64,000 nucleotides of DNA. It comes from Thermoanaerobaculia bacterium. Lineage in GTDB: Bacteria; Acidobacteriota; Thermoanaerobaculia; Multivoradales; Multivoraceae. Each line of letters begins with the position of its first letter. Position 1 is the first letter of the stretch. Positions 52,183 to 61,124 of this stretch are shown one piece after another. The DNA is taken from assembly GCA_963664405.1 (NCBI GenBank), contig OY761158.1, positions 6,496,001-6,560,000 on the forward strand, in the 5' to 3' direction. A program made the translations under genes and the position numbers. The notes beneath the pieces were generated by a model, which was not told the origin of the DNA, did no database searches, and saw nothing but the letters and a program-made list of their open reading frames with translations.

Positions 52183-53010
52183 TCACTGAAGGCCGAGAGA
52201 CGCTGGCGCTGAGGGGGCCGTCGTCCGTGCCGGTGCTTGCAGCCGGAAACTACTACTGTTGTGCTGCGGCGCTCTTGCCACCGGCGCCGAGGGCACCTGG
52301 ACAGTAGGCGGACGCGGGGAGGGTCTGTTGGGGTGGCCGGGACGGCTCGGAGGCGAGCCTACGACGAGTCCATATTGAAGGTAGTAGGGAACCTGGCCAT
52401 ATCCAGGATAGGGCGTGGTCTCACGCCGGTAGGCCTCGGCGGCAAGCGCCTCACTCTGGAGTCGCAGGGTCAATTCGAGGATGCGTGCCTCAGCGAGTTG
52501 GGCTGACAGCGCTCTTCGCTGCGCCACCTCGGCTGCCGGCAGCCACTCTCCCTGGTAGAAGAGGTGACCGCGGAGCTCGTGACACTGCTGTGCCTTGAGC
52601 CAGCGCTCCTCGCAGCGTACATAGCCTAGACGCTCACGAGCGCCGGCGTGCTCCGGATCCAGCGCAAGCACCTGGTCGAGTACGTGATTGGCCAAGGTCT
52701 GGTGGCCGCGGCCTCCGATGCGCAATGCGAGATGATAGCGGGCATCGGCATCGCCGGGCTCCAAGGCGTCGAGCTCTTCCCTCACCCTCTCTTCCTCGCT
52801 CCTTGCGCCGACCACTCGATCGATGAGCTCGGCCGGGAGACTCAGGGTGCCGAGGGCGGAGGTGATCTCCAGCTCTCCGTTTTCGAGCTGCCTCGTTCGC
52901 CCTTCGAGGCTGTTCCCGTTCTTGAGCCAAACGACGTCGGCCTGGATCGGAAGAGCTAGGCCTAGGGTTAGAGCGAGAGTGAGTGTGAGGACGCAGCTGG
53001 ACTTCAACAT
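52183..53010 (-). CDS. secreted hypothetical protein with a TPR-like segment
   Basis: Signal peptide, ADVVWLKNG, VLALDPEHAGARERLGY. Confidence 0.7.
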   Translation of the reverse strand: MLKSSCVLTLTLALTLGLALPIQADVVWLKNGNSLEGRTRQLENGELEITSALGTLSLPAELIDRVVGARSEEERVREELDALEPGDADARYHLALRIGGRGHQTLANHVLDQVLALDPEHAGARERLGYVRCEERWLKAQQCHELRGHLFYQGEWLPAAEVAQRRALSAQLAEARILELTLRLQSEALAAEAYRRETTPYPGYGQVPYYLQYGLVVGSPPSRPGHPNRPSPRPPTVQVPSAPVARAPQHNSSSFRLQAPARTTAPSAPASLGLQ

Positions 53011-53017
53011 CTCGCTA

Positions 53018-53194
53018 TCAACCCCCTTCCGGCTTCTTCTTGAGCACTTCGTCAAGAAAAGCGCGAGTCAGCTTCTGGGTTTGGTTGCTGAATGCCTGAA
53101 ATTTCTTACCGCACTTTGGGCAGGTTGCGATGTCGTAGTGATAGTCGTCTTGGATCTTAACCGGCAGTTTGCAGTGGGGGCAGGTAGCGTCCAT
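53018..53194 (-). CDS. 58-aa zinc-ribbon protein (below the ORF-track cutoff)
   Basis: MDATCPHC...TCPKCGKKF; preceded by TATAAT-GGAGGC. Confidence 0.75.
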   Translation of the reverse strand: MDATCPHCKLPVKIQDDYHYDIATCPKCGKKFQAFSNQTQKLTRAFLDEVLKKKPEGG

Positions 53195-53317
53195 GCCTCC
53201 ATTATACCGGGCAGGGCTTCACTGGCTGGCCTCCGGGGGTGTACATTAGCGGTGCTGCTCGAGCTAGCCCCGAACGCGCCAATTTCGGCATTGCCGTCTA
53301 CGATCGGAGTTCAACTG

Positions 53318-53773
53318 ATGAAAGTTCTGCTGCAACTGGGGGTCATCATGATCGTTGGCTATGTCGGGTGGGTCTTCGGGATGCCACTGGTCAAGGGTCT
53401 AGTAGGCGCGTCGCGGGGACCGACTTCGAGCCCGGCATCGGGCCCAGGGGGCCGGTGCGTTCAGGACGCTGGCCGTGCCAGCGACCTCGTCGAGGACCGC
53501 CTACTCACTCAGGTGCGGTCGCTGACCGAAAACCGGGCATGGGACGAGATGGTTCAGGAGGTCGAGTTCGCGGTTCTTAATGCGGCCGACCAATGCCGCT
53601 GCGCTCTGGAGTCGTGCGGTATGGCGAAGGAGGCGCTCGCCTCTCTGAGCGAGATCATCGCTGCCGGTGAGTCGCGGACTTCCGGTAGCGCACCTTACGA
53701 GGCCAGTAGAAACCACCAAAAGGCGAACCAGCGCTTGTGGGAAGCGTACGAGCTCGCCAAGAAAGGCCGCTAG
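53318..53773 (+). CDS. membrane-anchored hypothetical protein
   Basis: N-terminal TM helix, Cys-containing helical domain. Confidence 0.6.
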   Translation: MKVLLQLGVIMIVGYVGWVFGMPLVKGLVGASRGPTSSPASGPGGRCVQDAGRASDLVEDRLLTQVRSLTENRAWDEMVQEVEFAVLNAADQCRCALESCGMAKEALASLSEIIAAGESRTSGSAPYEASRNHQKANQRLWEAYELAKKGR

Positions 53774-54438
53774 CGCCGGTGGAGTGGAAAGTGGACTTCC
53801 CAGACCCGTCCTGCTCGACCGGCCGTTCCCTGCCTGGCGCCGGCCCGCCGGTGTAGCTGGCTCCAGGCCACTTGCAGATTCAACGCGCCGTCGATCTCGA
53901 GACCGGTAACGAAGTCGAGATCGATGCCCTCGACGCCCCATGCGCTGAGCGTGCTGAGCTCGGCGGGTAGAGGGAGTCCGTCGTGATCTTGGTCGATCCA
54001 GATCTCGATCAGGTGCCAGGCCGCATCCGCCGGAGTGAGAGCTCCGTCGCCGTTGCCGCCCGCGTCGGCTTGGTCGAGTAGAAGGAGGTCGCGCCATCCT
54101 CCGGTGCTCCCGCTGAGAGCAGGGCTACGGCGGAAACCGAGGAGCTCCTCGGTGGCGAGGGCGTCGTCGCCGTCTTCGTCGAGCCAAAGGAACGCTTCGT
54201 CGTGTCCCGTGGCGGTCCAGTTGACCCGCTCCGGATCGCCATTGCCGTCGATGTCGAGGTAGACAGGGTAGTAGCGGTCGCTGAGATGAAGGCCATCGCC
54301 CTCGAGATCGACGACCAGAAGAACGATGCGTTCGGTGTCGGCGTCTTCAGTCACTTCGCTGTCGGGCAGGCCGGCGAGGGAGAACTGCAGCGTCGGCAGG
54401 CCGGCGAGGATAATGGATGCTGTGCGCGCTGCGATCAC
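53770..54438 (-). CDS. secreted Ca-binding-type protein (DxDGDG loops)
   Basis: DIDGNG..E...W, FLWLDEDGD, GNGDG.L...D..W..I.IWIDQDHDG. Confidence 0.65.
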   Translation of the reverse strand: MIAARTASIILAGLPTLQFSLAGLPDSEVTEDADTERIVLLVVDLEGDGLHLSDRYYPVYLDIDGNGDPERVNWTATGHDEAFLWLDEDGDDALATEELLGFRRSPALSGSTGGWRDLLLLDQADAGGNGDGALTPADAAWHLIEIWIDQDHDGLPLPAELSTLSAWGVEGIDLDFVTGLEIDGALNLQVAWSQLHRRAGARQGTAGRAGRVWEVHFPLHRR

Positions 54439-55079
54439 GGCCGTAGCTCGCTTCCGCTAGCGGTCTGCCATGGAGCCGTTCCGCGCTCTAGACCAGCGTT
54501 TCCAAAGTTCGCGCCACCTATCTCGGCCCCTTCTGCCCGCTGGCAGCGTTGCACCTCCTCGACAGATTCCCAATATGCCTGCGTCGGCGCGCCTTGCCAG
54601 CGAACAGAATGACCTCGAGCTATGCGACTCGAACTTCGGAAACGCTGGTCTAGGGACGCGCGGAGAGCTTCCCATTCCTCATTCTCCTGGGGTGTAAGCC
54701 AGCGATGTCCGGCGGCTTGACACTCGTCATTGCCTACGGCACGCCGTTCGCCGTTGCCGTCTCGAAGCACTGACATGATGCGTTCCTTGCAGAGAGGTGC
54801 AGAGGGAGCGTCGGCGAGACCGAGGACGTGTCCGATCTCGTGAGCAAGGTTGCGGGCCGGAGAGGGGCAGCGGACGCGAGTGCCGTTGGTCTGCGTGGCA
54901 TAGACGTAGAGAGTGATCGTCCGGCCCCTGAAGCTACCGCAGCGGTTGGTGCTGCTGCTGCGGCGAAGCTCGACCTGGACTAGTCGAGAGGCTGGCGCCC
55001 GATCGGTGATGGCCGGGAATCCCTTGGCGTAGTTGATGCAGCTCTGCCAGAAGGCGATTCCTTCGCGAACGAGAGTCAT
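54435..55079 (-). CDS. zincin (metzincin-like) metallopeptidase domain protein carrying an in-frame MITE; true start uncertain
   Basis: AHEIGHVLGLAD with a downstream IMS Met-turn. Confidence 0.65.
   Translation of the reverse strand: MTLVREGIAFWQSCINYAKGFPAITDRAPASRLVQVELRRSSSTNRCGSFRGRTITLYVYATQTNGTRVRCPSPARNLAHEIGHVLGLADAPSAPLCKERIMSVLRDGNGERRAVGNDECQAAGHRWLTPQENEEWEALRASLDQRFRSSSRIARGHSVRWQGAPTQAYWESVEEVQRCQRAEGAEIGGANFGNAGLERGTAPWQTASGSELRP
54488..54653. mobile_element. MITE-like palindromic element, 166 bp
   Basis: Same TIRs and core as 44770-44948, 13 bp shorter. Confidence 0.85.
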
Positions 55080-55161
55080 GGCTACAGATGGGCCTGGTCA
55101 CCCGCCGTCGAGCACGCCCTCTTGGTTCTTGGCGAGCTCGCCAAGAGCCACCTCGGATAGC

Positions 55162-55980
55162 ATGAAGAGGATGTGCTCGATTTCCTGCCTACGCAGCCTT
55201 GTGCCGGTCCTGTTACTCACAATGACGGTGGCGGCGTGGGCGCCGGCGGCCGGCCAGGAGGTCGATCTGGATTCTGTGCTCGAACGGCTCTTGGAGCTCG
55301 AAAGAGAAAGCGAAGAACTGCTGGAGAGCCTTCCTCCTGGGGCTCGCGAGGAGATCGAGCGACGACTCGAGGCCGCGGCCGCGGAGGCGCCAGGAGGCTC
55401 GGAGCTTGAAGAGGACGAGATCGAAGTAGAGCAAGTCGTACAGCAGCAGGTTGAGGAGCAGGAAGAGGAGCGGGTCGAGGAGAGGGAGGCCGTCGCTGCG
55501 GAGGCGCGGATCCCCCTCGTCGAGCCGTCCAGCGAGACGGTCGAGACGGAGGTCGGTGGCTGCAACCCTCTGGCCCCCTTTGATAGCAGTCAGGACGGGG
55601 CGCTCAGCGGAAGTGATCGCTATTGGCGTCACTTTTATCTGTGGGTCGACAATGGAGACGGCGATATCGACGAGGCTGAAGTGAAGAGTCTGTTCGATGT
55701 CGGCATTCGCAGAGTCTCCTTGGACCTCGAGAGCTTCACGACGGCGGAGAAAGAGTTGGGTGGCATCGGCTTCGAGGAGTGGGTCTTCTTCGAGGTTCCG
55801 CCGAATGAGAGCAGCGTCCGCCGGGGAGCGCTGACCGTGGACTCGGATGCTCTGGAGCGAGGAGAGGGGCCCCGCCTGCTCGACGCCGGTCGGACGGCCC
55901 AACGTGGTTTTCAGCCGCTGCGACCCGGGCTCTTTGTTGCCACTGAGGCCGAGGAACTGCTGGAGCTTTACTGCCCTTGA
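55162..55980 (+). CDS. secreted acidic protein with an EF-hand-like DxxxDG domain
   Basis: Signal peptide, Glu-rich coil, FDSSQDGALSGSD.YW..FYLWVDNGDG. Confidence 0.65.
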   Translation: MKRMCSISCLRSLVPVLLLTMTVAAWAPAAGQEVDLDSVLERLLELERESEELLESLPPGAREEIERRLEAAAAEAPGGSELEEDEIEVEQVVQQQVEEQEEERVEEREAVAAEARIPLVEPSSETVETEVGGCNPLAPFDSSQDGALSGSDRYWRHFYLWVDNGDGDIDEAEVKSLFDVGIRRVSLDLESFTTAEKELGGIGFEEWVFFEVPPNESSVRRGALTVDSDALERGEGPRLLDAGRTAQRGFQPLRPGLFVATEAEELLELYCP

Positions 55981-56025
55981 GGGCAGTCTAGTCGGCCACG
56001 GGTAGCTGCTAAGCTCCGGGCCACG

Positions 56026-56247
56026 GTGAAGCGGCGTCAAAGCGAGGAGGGTTATCCGGCCCTGCTGACCGACCTCCCGCCGCACCTTCATGCTCGTTTG
56101 GTGGCGGCCTCAGCGGTACTCCGTGTACCGATCGAGAACCTCGTCGAGAGTGCGCTCGAGGCGCACTTGGAGGGCCTCGATCCGGGCCAGCAGGAGCTGA
56201 TCGATCGCCTCGCGTCGGAGACGGTAAGGCGAACGAAACGGCAGTGA
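56026..56247 (+). CDS. small hypothetical protein, possibly ribbon-helix-helix
   Basis: DLPPHLHARL...IENLVESALEAHL pattern. Confidence 0.5.
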   Translation: MKRRQSEEGYPALLTDLPPHLHARLVAASAVLRVPIENLVESALEAHLEGLDPGQQELIDRLASETVRRTKRQ

Positions 56248-56307
56248 CCGAGATCTCTTCCATCGCTGCGGGAGACGAGTCGGGGCACTAAGAGAGGAGG
56301 ACGGAAA

Positions 56308-56688
56308 TTGAAGAAGACAAGTGTTGTGATCGTTCTGCTGATGTTGTGCCTTGTCGTGAGTGCTTATGCAGGAGCGCAGCCTGCCAAGCGACAAACGATC
56401 GTGGGTGAGGTTGTTGACATCGCCTCGTACGCGATGAAGGGGGCGCGAGGCGAGGAGTACCGCGAGGCGATGAAGTTCCGAGCCGAAGGCGGCTTCCCGA
56501 TGGGAATCCTCACCGAAGAGGGTGTTCTGTATGTCGCGGTCTATCGCAATCCGGCGCCGGCAGCCTCCCTACAGCCGGCAAACAAGATCCTGGCCCCCCT
56601 CGCCGGACTTCAGGTTGTCTGCCAGGGGCGCGTCTCCGAGGCCGACGGCGTCAAGGTCGTAGAGATCGCTATCGTCTCCGAGATGTAG
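56308..56688 (+). CDS. secreted hypothetical protein
   Basis: AGGAGG RBS, signal peptide, TIVGEVVD. Confidence 0.75.
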   Translation: MKKTSVVIVLLMLCLVVSAYAGAQPAKRQTIVGEVVDIASYAMKGARGEEYREAMKFRAEGGFPMGILTEEGVLYVAVYRNPAPAASLQPANKILAPLAGLQVVCQGRVSEADGVKVVEIAIVSEM

Positions 56689-57157
56689 GTTTTGGGAATG
56701 ATGGATATCATTCCCAAAACCTACTCGACATGGCGCCGAGGCCGGCGCATCCGGAATGATGGATATCATTCCCAAAACCTACTCGACATGGCGCCGAGGC
56801 CGGCGCATCCGGAATGATGGATATCATTCCCAAAACCTACTCGACATGGCGCCGAGGCCGGCGCATCCGGAATGATGGATATCATTCCCAAAACCTACTC
56901 GACATGGCGCCGAGGCCGGCGCATCCGGAATGATGGATATCATTCCCAAAACCTACTCGACATGGCGCCGAGGCCGGCGCATCCGGAATGATGGATATCA
57001 TTCCCAAAACCTACTCGACATGGCGCCGAGGCCGGCGCATCCGGAATGATGGATATCATTCCCAAAACCTACTCGACATGGCGCCGAGGCCGGCGCATCC
57101 GGAATGATGGATATCATTCCCAAACCTACTCGACATGGCGCCGAGGCCGGCGCATCC
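56685..57157. repeat. GTAG-type REP palindrome expanded into 8 tandem 58-bp units
   Basis: Unit GGAATGATGGATATCATTCCCAAAACCTACTCGACATGGCGCCGAGGCCGGCGCATCC starts at 56695 with period 58; last copy lacks one A. Confidence 0.95.
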
Positions 57158-57177
57158 GGAGCGGCTTGGGAGGAAGC

Positions 57178-58230
57178 CTAGGGGCTGAGGGCCTCTAACT
57201 CTAGGCCCTCGCTGCGCCAGGCGTCGACTCCACCGGCTAGGTGATGGCTACGGGGTAGGCCCGCTTTGAGCGCTGTCTCGAGGGCCATGGCGGAGCGCTC
57301 GCCGTAGGCGCAATAGAAGACCAGAGGCCGCTTGCCGGTCGTCGAAATCTCGTGAAGCAGGCCGCCAGGGAGCACGGCCGCCTGGGTCTGGGCGTAGGGG
57401 AGATGGACCGAGCCCGGAAGGACTCCGGTCCTTTGGCGCTCGAGTGTCTCTCGGAGATCGACCAGGATGAGATCCTCGCCCGCTTGCCGCCTCTGCAGTA
57501 GCTCTTCGCAAGTCATCGCCAACCCTTGCGCCGCGATCGAGCTCAGGGACATCCCGATCTTGAGGTTGGCGGGTACTGCGACGTCCATCATCTTGGGGTC
57601 CGCGAGGTCGAGGCCGTTCATGATGTCGACGAATTCGTCGATCGAGCTCACCTGCAGGCGGGGATTCCAGCGGCGCTCCTCTCCTATCGTGCTCACTGTG
57701 TCGCCCTTGTAATCGTGGGCCGGGTAGACAAGGGTCTGTTCCGGAAGCTTCAATAGACGGTTGAAGATCGAGTCGTACTCGGCTCTTGGGTCTCCGTTCT
57801 GGAAATCGGTGCGTCCAGTGCCTCGAATGAGGAGGGTGTCGCCGGTAAAGACGCGGTCGCCCATGGCGAAGCTGTAAGAGTCGTCGGTATGCCCGGGCGT
57901 GTAGATGGCCTCGAGCGGTGGATTGCCCTCGATCTCGAGTCGGTCGCCATCGGCGACTCGCATCGAAACCACGTCGACGCCGCTCTGCTCGCCCATGACG
58001 GTGACGCATTGGGTGCGATCTCTGAGTGCACCGAGACCGGACACGTGATCGGCGTGCAGGTGTGTGTCCACTGCCTTCATCAACCTGAGGTCGAGCTCGT
58101 TGATGAGCTGGATGTAGCGGTCGACGCGGTCGAGGACCGGGTCGATAATCAGGGCCTCTTCGCCGGGGCGGCTGGCCAAAATGTAGGTGTAAGTGCTGGA
58201 GGTCGAGTCGAATAGTTGACGGAAGATCAT
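57178..58230 (-). CDS. persulfide dioxygenase (ETHE1-like MBL fold)-rhodanese fusion
   Basis: THLHADHVSG, TPGHT, GDTLLIRGTGRTDFQ, PAHDY, YCAYGERS. Confidence 0.92.
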   Translation of the reverse strand: MIFRQLFDSTSSTYTYILASRPGEEALIIDPVLDRVDRYIQLINELDLRLMKAVDTHLHADHVSGLGALRDRTQCVTVMGEQSGVDVVSMRVADGDRLEIEGNPPLEAIYTPGHTDDSYSFAMGDRVFTGDTLLIRGTGRTDFQNGDPRAEYDSIFNRLLKLPEQTLVYPAHDYKGDTVSTIGEERRWNPRLQVSSIDEFVDIMNGLDLADPKMMDVAVPANLKIGMSLSSIAAQGLAMTCEELLQRRQAGEDLILVDLRETLERQRTGVLPGSVHLPYAQTQAAVLPGGLLHEISTTGKRPLVFYCAYGERSAMALETALKAGLPRSHHLAGGVDAWRSEGLELEALSP

Positions 58231-58246
58231 CGCGAGGGCCGCTGGC

Positions 58247-60112
58247 TTAACTCGGCAATTGATGGCCGAGCTTGTCTCGCTTCGCCGCCAGGTAACGCTC
58301 CCGCTGAGGTGCCGGAGGGGCGACGATCGGGATCTGGCCAACCACCTCGATTCCGATCGAGGAGTATACGAACGCGTCGACCTTCTTGGGGTTGTTGGTG
58401 AGGAGGCGGATCTTGGACAGGCCCAGGTCCTTGAGAATCTGCAGCCCGACCATATAGTCGCGAATGTCGGCGTGATAACCCAAAGCCTCGTTGGCTTCGA
58501 CCGTATCCATGCCCTGGTCTTGAAGTTGGTAGGCCCTGAGCTTCTCGATCAGGCCGATACCTCTTCCTTCCTGGGGTAGATAGACCAGGACGCCAGTGCC
58601 CTCCTCGCCGATTTGCTCGAGTGCCATCTGCAACTGATCGCCGCAGTCGCAGCGCAGCGAGTTGATGAGGTCGCCTGTCAGACAGGAAGAGTGCATGCGT
58701 ACCAGCGGCGCCTCGAGCGCAGAGAGGTCACCGAATACGAAGGCTAGAGGCTCCTGGTCTTCGTGAGAGACCGAGTAACCGATGACTCGGCCGACACCGT
58801 GCACGGTCGGTAGCTCGGCATCCGCGCCCTCGACTCTGTGGACCAACTGCTCTCGTTCACGGCGATAGCGGATGATGTCCTCAATAGAGACCATCGGCAT
58901 GTTGAATTCGTCGGCGATGGCTTTGAGCTCCTCTGCTCCCGCCATCCCGTGCCCCTCGCGGCTGCAGATCTCGCACAGCACTCCGGCGGGTGTGAGCCCG
59001 GCGAGACGAGCGAGATCCACCGTGGCCTCGGTGTGTCCGGCGCGGCGCAGCACGCCGCCTTCTTTGGCGATGAGAACGAACAAGTGGCCAGGCGTCGAGA
59101 AGTCGTCCTCCGTGGTGCTTTTGTCGAGTATGGCCTGCACCGTGCGGGAGCGCTCTGCGGGGCTGATCCCGGTGTGACAGCTGATGTGGTCGACCGGGAA
59201 AGTGAAGGGCGTCTCGGTGGGGGTGGTGTTGTTCTCGACCATCAATGAAAAGCCCTTTTCGGCTGCCAGAGCAGGGAGAACCGGCATGCAGAAAAGGCCG
59301 CCGCCTTGTCGGGTCATGAAGTGCACGATCTCAGGAGTCAGCTTGTCGGCGGCGCAGACGAAGTCGCCTTCGTCTTCGCGTTCGGCAGCGTCCACGACGA
59401 TGACGATCCTGCCCGCCGCAATGGCCTCGATCGCGTCCTCGACAAGGGCGAGTGGGTGGTCTTCGGAGGATGATCTGGCGGGAGGGGACGCCTCCGGCAG
59501 ATTCTCTGTGCGGCGTACTCGCACAGCGTGCCAGGCGGCATCGGCGAGAGCGGGCGCCGCGGCCCGTGGATCCTCCTGTTCTTGCCCGGTAAGCCATTGG
59601 CCCATGTAGTCCAGCGTCGGTCCCATGACGACTGAGGTGTAGAGGGTGCGGGGCAGCCTGGCGACTTCTCCACGCTCGATGAAGGGCATCAGCCAGGCAC
59701 CGATGGCGCTATAGAGAGCCTCGTTGAGCGCTCCTATTTGCTCTTGGGCACCGGAGAGGAAGTCAGCTTGGCGCTGGCTCGACAAGTAGCGCGCCCAAGC
59801 GGGGTTTCGGACCACCCACTCGATGTGATGTTCGACAATCGCTCGAATACCGCGCTCCGCGCCCTTGTGGCGGAGGAGCTCCTTGAGCAGGCCGGCCTGA
59901 TAGTCCTGTAGGCCCTCTAGGTAGAGAGCGGAGGCGAGGTGCTCCTTGCTCTCGAAGTGGTGGTAGAGACTGCCGGTCGAGACTCCCGCGAGGGAGCAAA
60001 TATCGCCCATCTTCGCCTTGGCGACCCCGCAATTGCCGAAGGATTCGAGGGCAGCACGCAGTATGGTCTTCTTGCGCATTTCGCTGGCCGAGGCTCGATT
60101 GGATTGCGCCAC
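58247..60112 (-). CDS. ribBA: TetR regulator fused to DHBP synthase/GTP cyclohydrolase II
   Basis: AGVSTGSLYHHFESKE HTH; EREDEGD and RRAGHTEA; RMHSSCLTGD...RCDCG, QEGRGIGL, LLTNNP. Confidence 0.88.
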   Translation of the reverse strand: MAQSNRASASEMRKKTILRAALESFGNCGVAKAKMGDICSLAGVSTGSLYHHFESKEHLASALYLEGLQDYQAGLLKELLRHKGAERGIRAIVEHHIEWVVRNPAWARYLSSQRQADFLSGAQEQIGALNEALYSAIGAWLMPFIERGEVARLPRTLYTSVVMGPTLDYMGQWLTGQEQEDPRAAAPALADAAWHAVRVRRTENLPEASPPARSSSEDHPLALVEDAIEAIAAGRIVIVVDAAEREDEGDFVCAADKLTPEIVHFMTRQGGGLFCMPVLPALAAEKGFSLMVENNTTPTETPFTFPVDHISCHTGISPAERSRTVQAILDKSTTEDDFSTPGHLFVLIAKEGGVLRRAGHTEATVDLARLAGLTPAGVLCEICSREGHGMAGAEELKAIADEFNMPMVSIEDIIRYRREREQLVHRVEGADAELPTVHGVGRVIGYSVSHEDQEPLAFVFGDLSALEAPLVRMHSSCLTGDLINSLRCDCGDQLQMALEQIGEEGTGVLVYLPQEGRGIGLIEKLRAYQLQDQGMDTVEANEALGYHADIRDYMVGLQILKDLGLSKIRLLTNNPKKVDAFVYSSIGIEVVGQIPIVAPPAPQRERYLAAKRDKLGHQLPS

Positions 60113-60228
60113 GACGTAATTCTGCTCTAGAGCGACCCTCGAGTCAAGTATTTGGTCGAATCGCGAGCCCTGGGCGACCCAATGAAGCGCTCGTCGCCGG
60201 GAGCAACGAGCGGTGGCGGTAAGTAGGT

Positions 60229-60795
60229 CTAGTCGGAGAAAGCGTCGGCGAGCTCGTCTAGGACGGTCTTTTCGCCCCCTGCGATGCTCCCGATGCCGAG
60301 CAAGCCGCCAGCGGAACGGGCGACCGTTTCTGCACGGCCGAGAACCTCGGCCTTCAGGGCGAGGCGCGAGTCTTCGCTGCAGGCTTCGCCAAGAGCACCG
60401 ACATAGTCACGCCAGGCTTCGAAGAGCTCTTCGCTGGGACGCTGAGTCAGCCAACCCTCGAAGAGCTCGAAGGCGTCGCTGCCCGGGTCCACGCCGGCCT
60501 TGGCCGCGGCCTCCAGCAGCGCGGCACGCTCGCCTTCTTGAACCGCTCCGTCCGCCCATGCCACTCGCAACAACGGCACTAAGCCGAGGGCAGCGAGTGT
60601 CTCCGACCCCAGGCCTAGCCCGACGAGCTCCTCGACGACACTCTCGTTCTGGATGCCCGAGGTCTGAGTCAGGCTCTCCCTACGGTTCTCTGAGTCGACC
60701 TTCTGTCGGAGTCGCTCGAGCAGCTCACGGTTGTGTTCTGCGAAGAAGCTCTCCTCGAGCCCCCTTTTTCTTTGTGCCAAGATCTGATCGCTCAC
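60229..60795 (-). CDS. TerB-like conserved hypothetical protein
   Basis: LEESFF...VAWADG...ER and VARSAGGLLG...EK; GGAG RBS. Confidence 0.7.
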   Translation of the reverse strand: MSDQILAQRKRGLEESFFAEHNRELLERLRQKVDSENRRESLTQTSGIQNESVVEELVGLGLGSETLAALGLVPLLRVAWADGAVQEGERAALLEAAAKAGVDPGSDAFELFEGWLTQRPSEELFEAWRDYVGALGEACSEDSRLALKAEVLGRAETVARSAGGLLGIGSIAGGEKTVLDELADAFSD

Positions 60796-61124
60796 GATGT
60801 CTCCTTCCTCACGAGTGCTGGGATCATACCCAATTCGACTGGGAGTCGACGCTTCTTTCGCCGTCGACTTTGCAGCCGACCCGTGGCTCGAATGCGCTGC
60901 GATCGGGTGGCGGCCGCCTCGCTGATTCACTTAGCTCTTCGACGCAACTTCGCGCCAGTTCACCTACACTGAGCACCTATGCACTACCTCGGCAGAGCCT
61001 GGCTGACGTGCATGCCTATTGTTGTCGGCCTGCTCGGCGCCTCGGCCCCCACAGAGACGTTGATCGAGCGCGAGGTCGACGACCCGTTCGACCGGCCTGT
61101 GGTGCCTTCGCCGAGGACGAAACT

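Noticed and set aside
56695-57157. CRISPR array
   Set aside because: Units are identical over their whole length with no unique spacers, and there are no cas genes in the window.
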